A stretch of 64,000 bases of DNA from Antedon mediterranea (lineage: Eukaryota; Animalia; Echinodermata), in the NCBI RefSeq assembly GCF_964355755.1, contig NC_092678.1, forward strand, positions 2,124,422 to 2,188,421, given 5' to 3'. A program made the translations under genes and the position numbers. Each line of letters opens with the position of its first letter. Position 1 is the stretch's first letter. The notes beneath the pieces were generated by a model, which saw only the letters and a program-made list of their open reading frames with translations, was not told the DNA's origin and made no database searches. Positions 62,946 to 64,000 of the stretch are shown one piece after another.

Positions 62946-64000
62946 TTGTAGTTTTCATTTTCTTGACAAATTCTCTTGATCCTTAAGGTCTACTAACATT
63001 CCTCCTGTACTCAGCTGGTACTACACAGGAATGAAACATTAGTTTACGATGTTGACAGCTTTTTTTACGACTTCTATTTTGCATCATATCTACTGTGTTG
63101 CTTTATTGCCAAAGGAAAAGACATTTTTTTACGACAGAAACCAATTTCTATTTATTGAGCAATCAAAGTATCTAAATATTTTGTTTCATGATTTGGCAGA
63201 ATATTACACTAGCGAACTACAAAAATACTGACCGTACAGATTGTCAACAAAATAATAAACTAAGGGTAAATCACTAATAGAAATTACTTTTTAAATATAA
63301 TCTCAAAAAAGGATACATGCATTATACAGTAGCTAGAAATTTATTATAGTAATATTTCATATTTTATTTTATCTGTGGATTGCAACTGACAACACTAAAA
63401 ACAATGTTAAAGGGTAAATCCAGAATAGAAATGACTGTTTAAATAAACTGTAGTGTCAGCAGACATAAACATGTTTACTGTTTAATGCCTTTGTGGACAG
63501 GGTGTGTCTCAACAAAACAGGGAGAATGATAGCAGGGTAATGTTTCAAAAACCCCTTTCACCATCTGCTTAAAACTACAGTAAATCAGTGAACATATTTA
63601 ATCAGTGCATGGAGCAACCTACATAAAATGAGAAATGGAACTATTATGATCAAATCTTGTTCTTCTTGTGTTGGGTTACCACAGTACTGAACAGTAATTA
63701 ACATGACTATAGTAATACCGAAATGTATAAATGTCAGGTTTACATTTTTAATGAATAATAAATACATAACATTTAAATGATTGACCCATTTACATTTAAA
63801 TGACATTCTTTAATCATTAGTAATTATGTTTTGTACAGCTAATGAATAATTCATTTTTAACTGATTAAAGTACAGTATATTGTATGCTACAAACAGTATT
63901 ATACTTTTAAAATGGCACTAAAGTTTCTGAGTTCAAATCCAATTTGAATCCACAGTATTTTCATTTCATTATTAAAACCACTACAAATTAAAATATTTTA

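Overview
AT-rich animal (invertebrate-like) genomic DNA with spliceosomal introns. It holds two minus-strand protein-coding genes plus many MITEs, SINE fragments and minisatellites. Gene 1 (starts at 3711 and runs off the left edge) encodes a secreted cysteine-rich protein built from a tandemly repeated two-exon, VWC-like module. Gene 2 (55288 to 8562; the first exons were not found and probably lie beyond the right edge) encodes a voltage-gated calcium channel alpha-2/delta subunit of the CACNA2D1/2 type. I reconstructed it exon by exon with consistent splice phases: dCache, VWA with a DxSxS MIDAS motif, a C-terminal GPI-type signal, and one AT-AC (U12) intron. The main discovery is an array of six phase-compatible homologous exons (42385-50674) in the slot of the single exon that encodes the YxxxxRxW half of the dCache_1 amino-acid/gabapentinoid pocket. 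One exon is canonical (YDVRRRSW). The other five rewrite the pocket residues, and synonymous-biased divergence is visible between at least two of them. This looks like a mutually exclusive exon system that diversifies alpha-2/delta ligand sensing. Most long ORFs in the supplied track are tandem-repeat artefacts.
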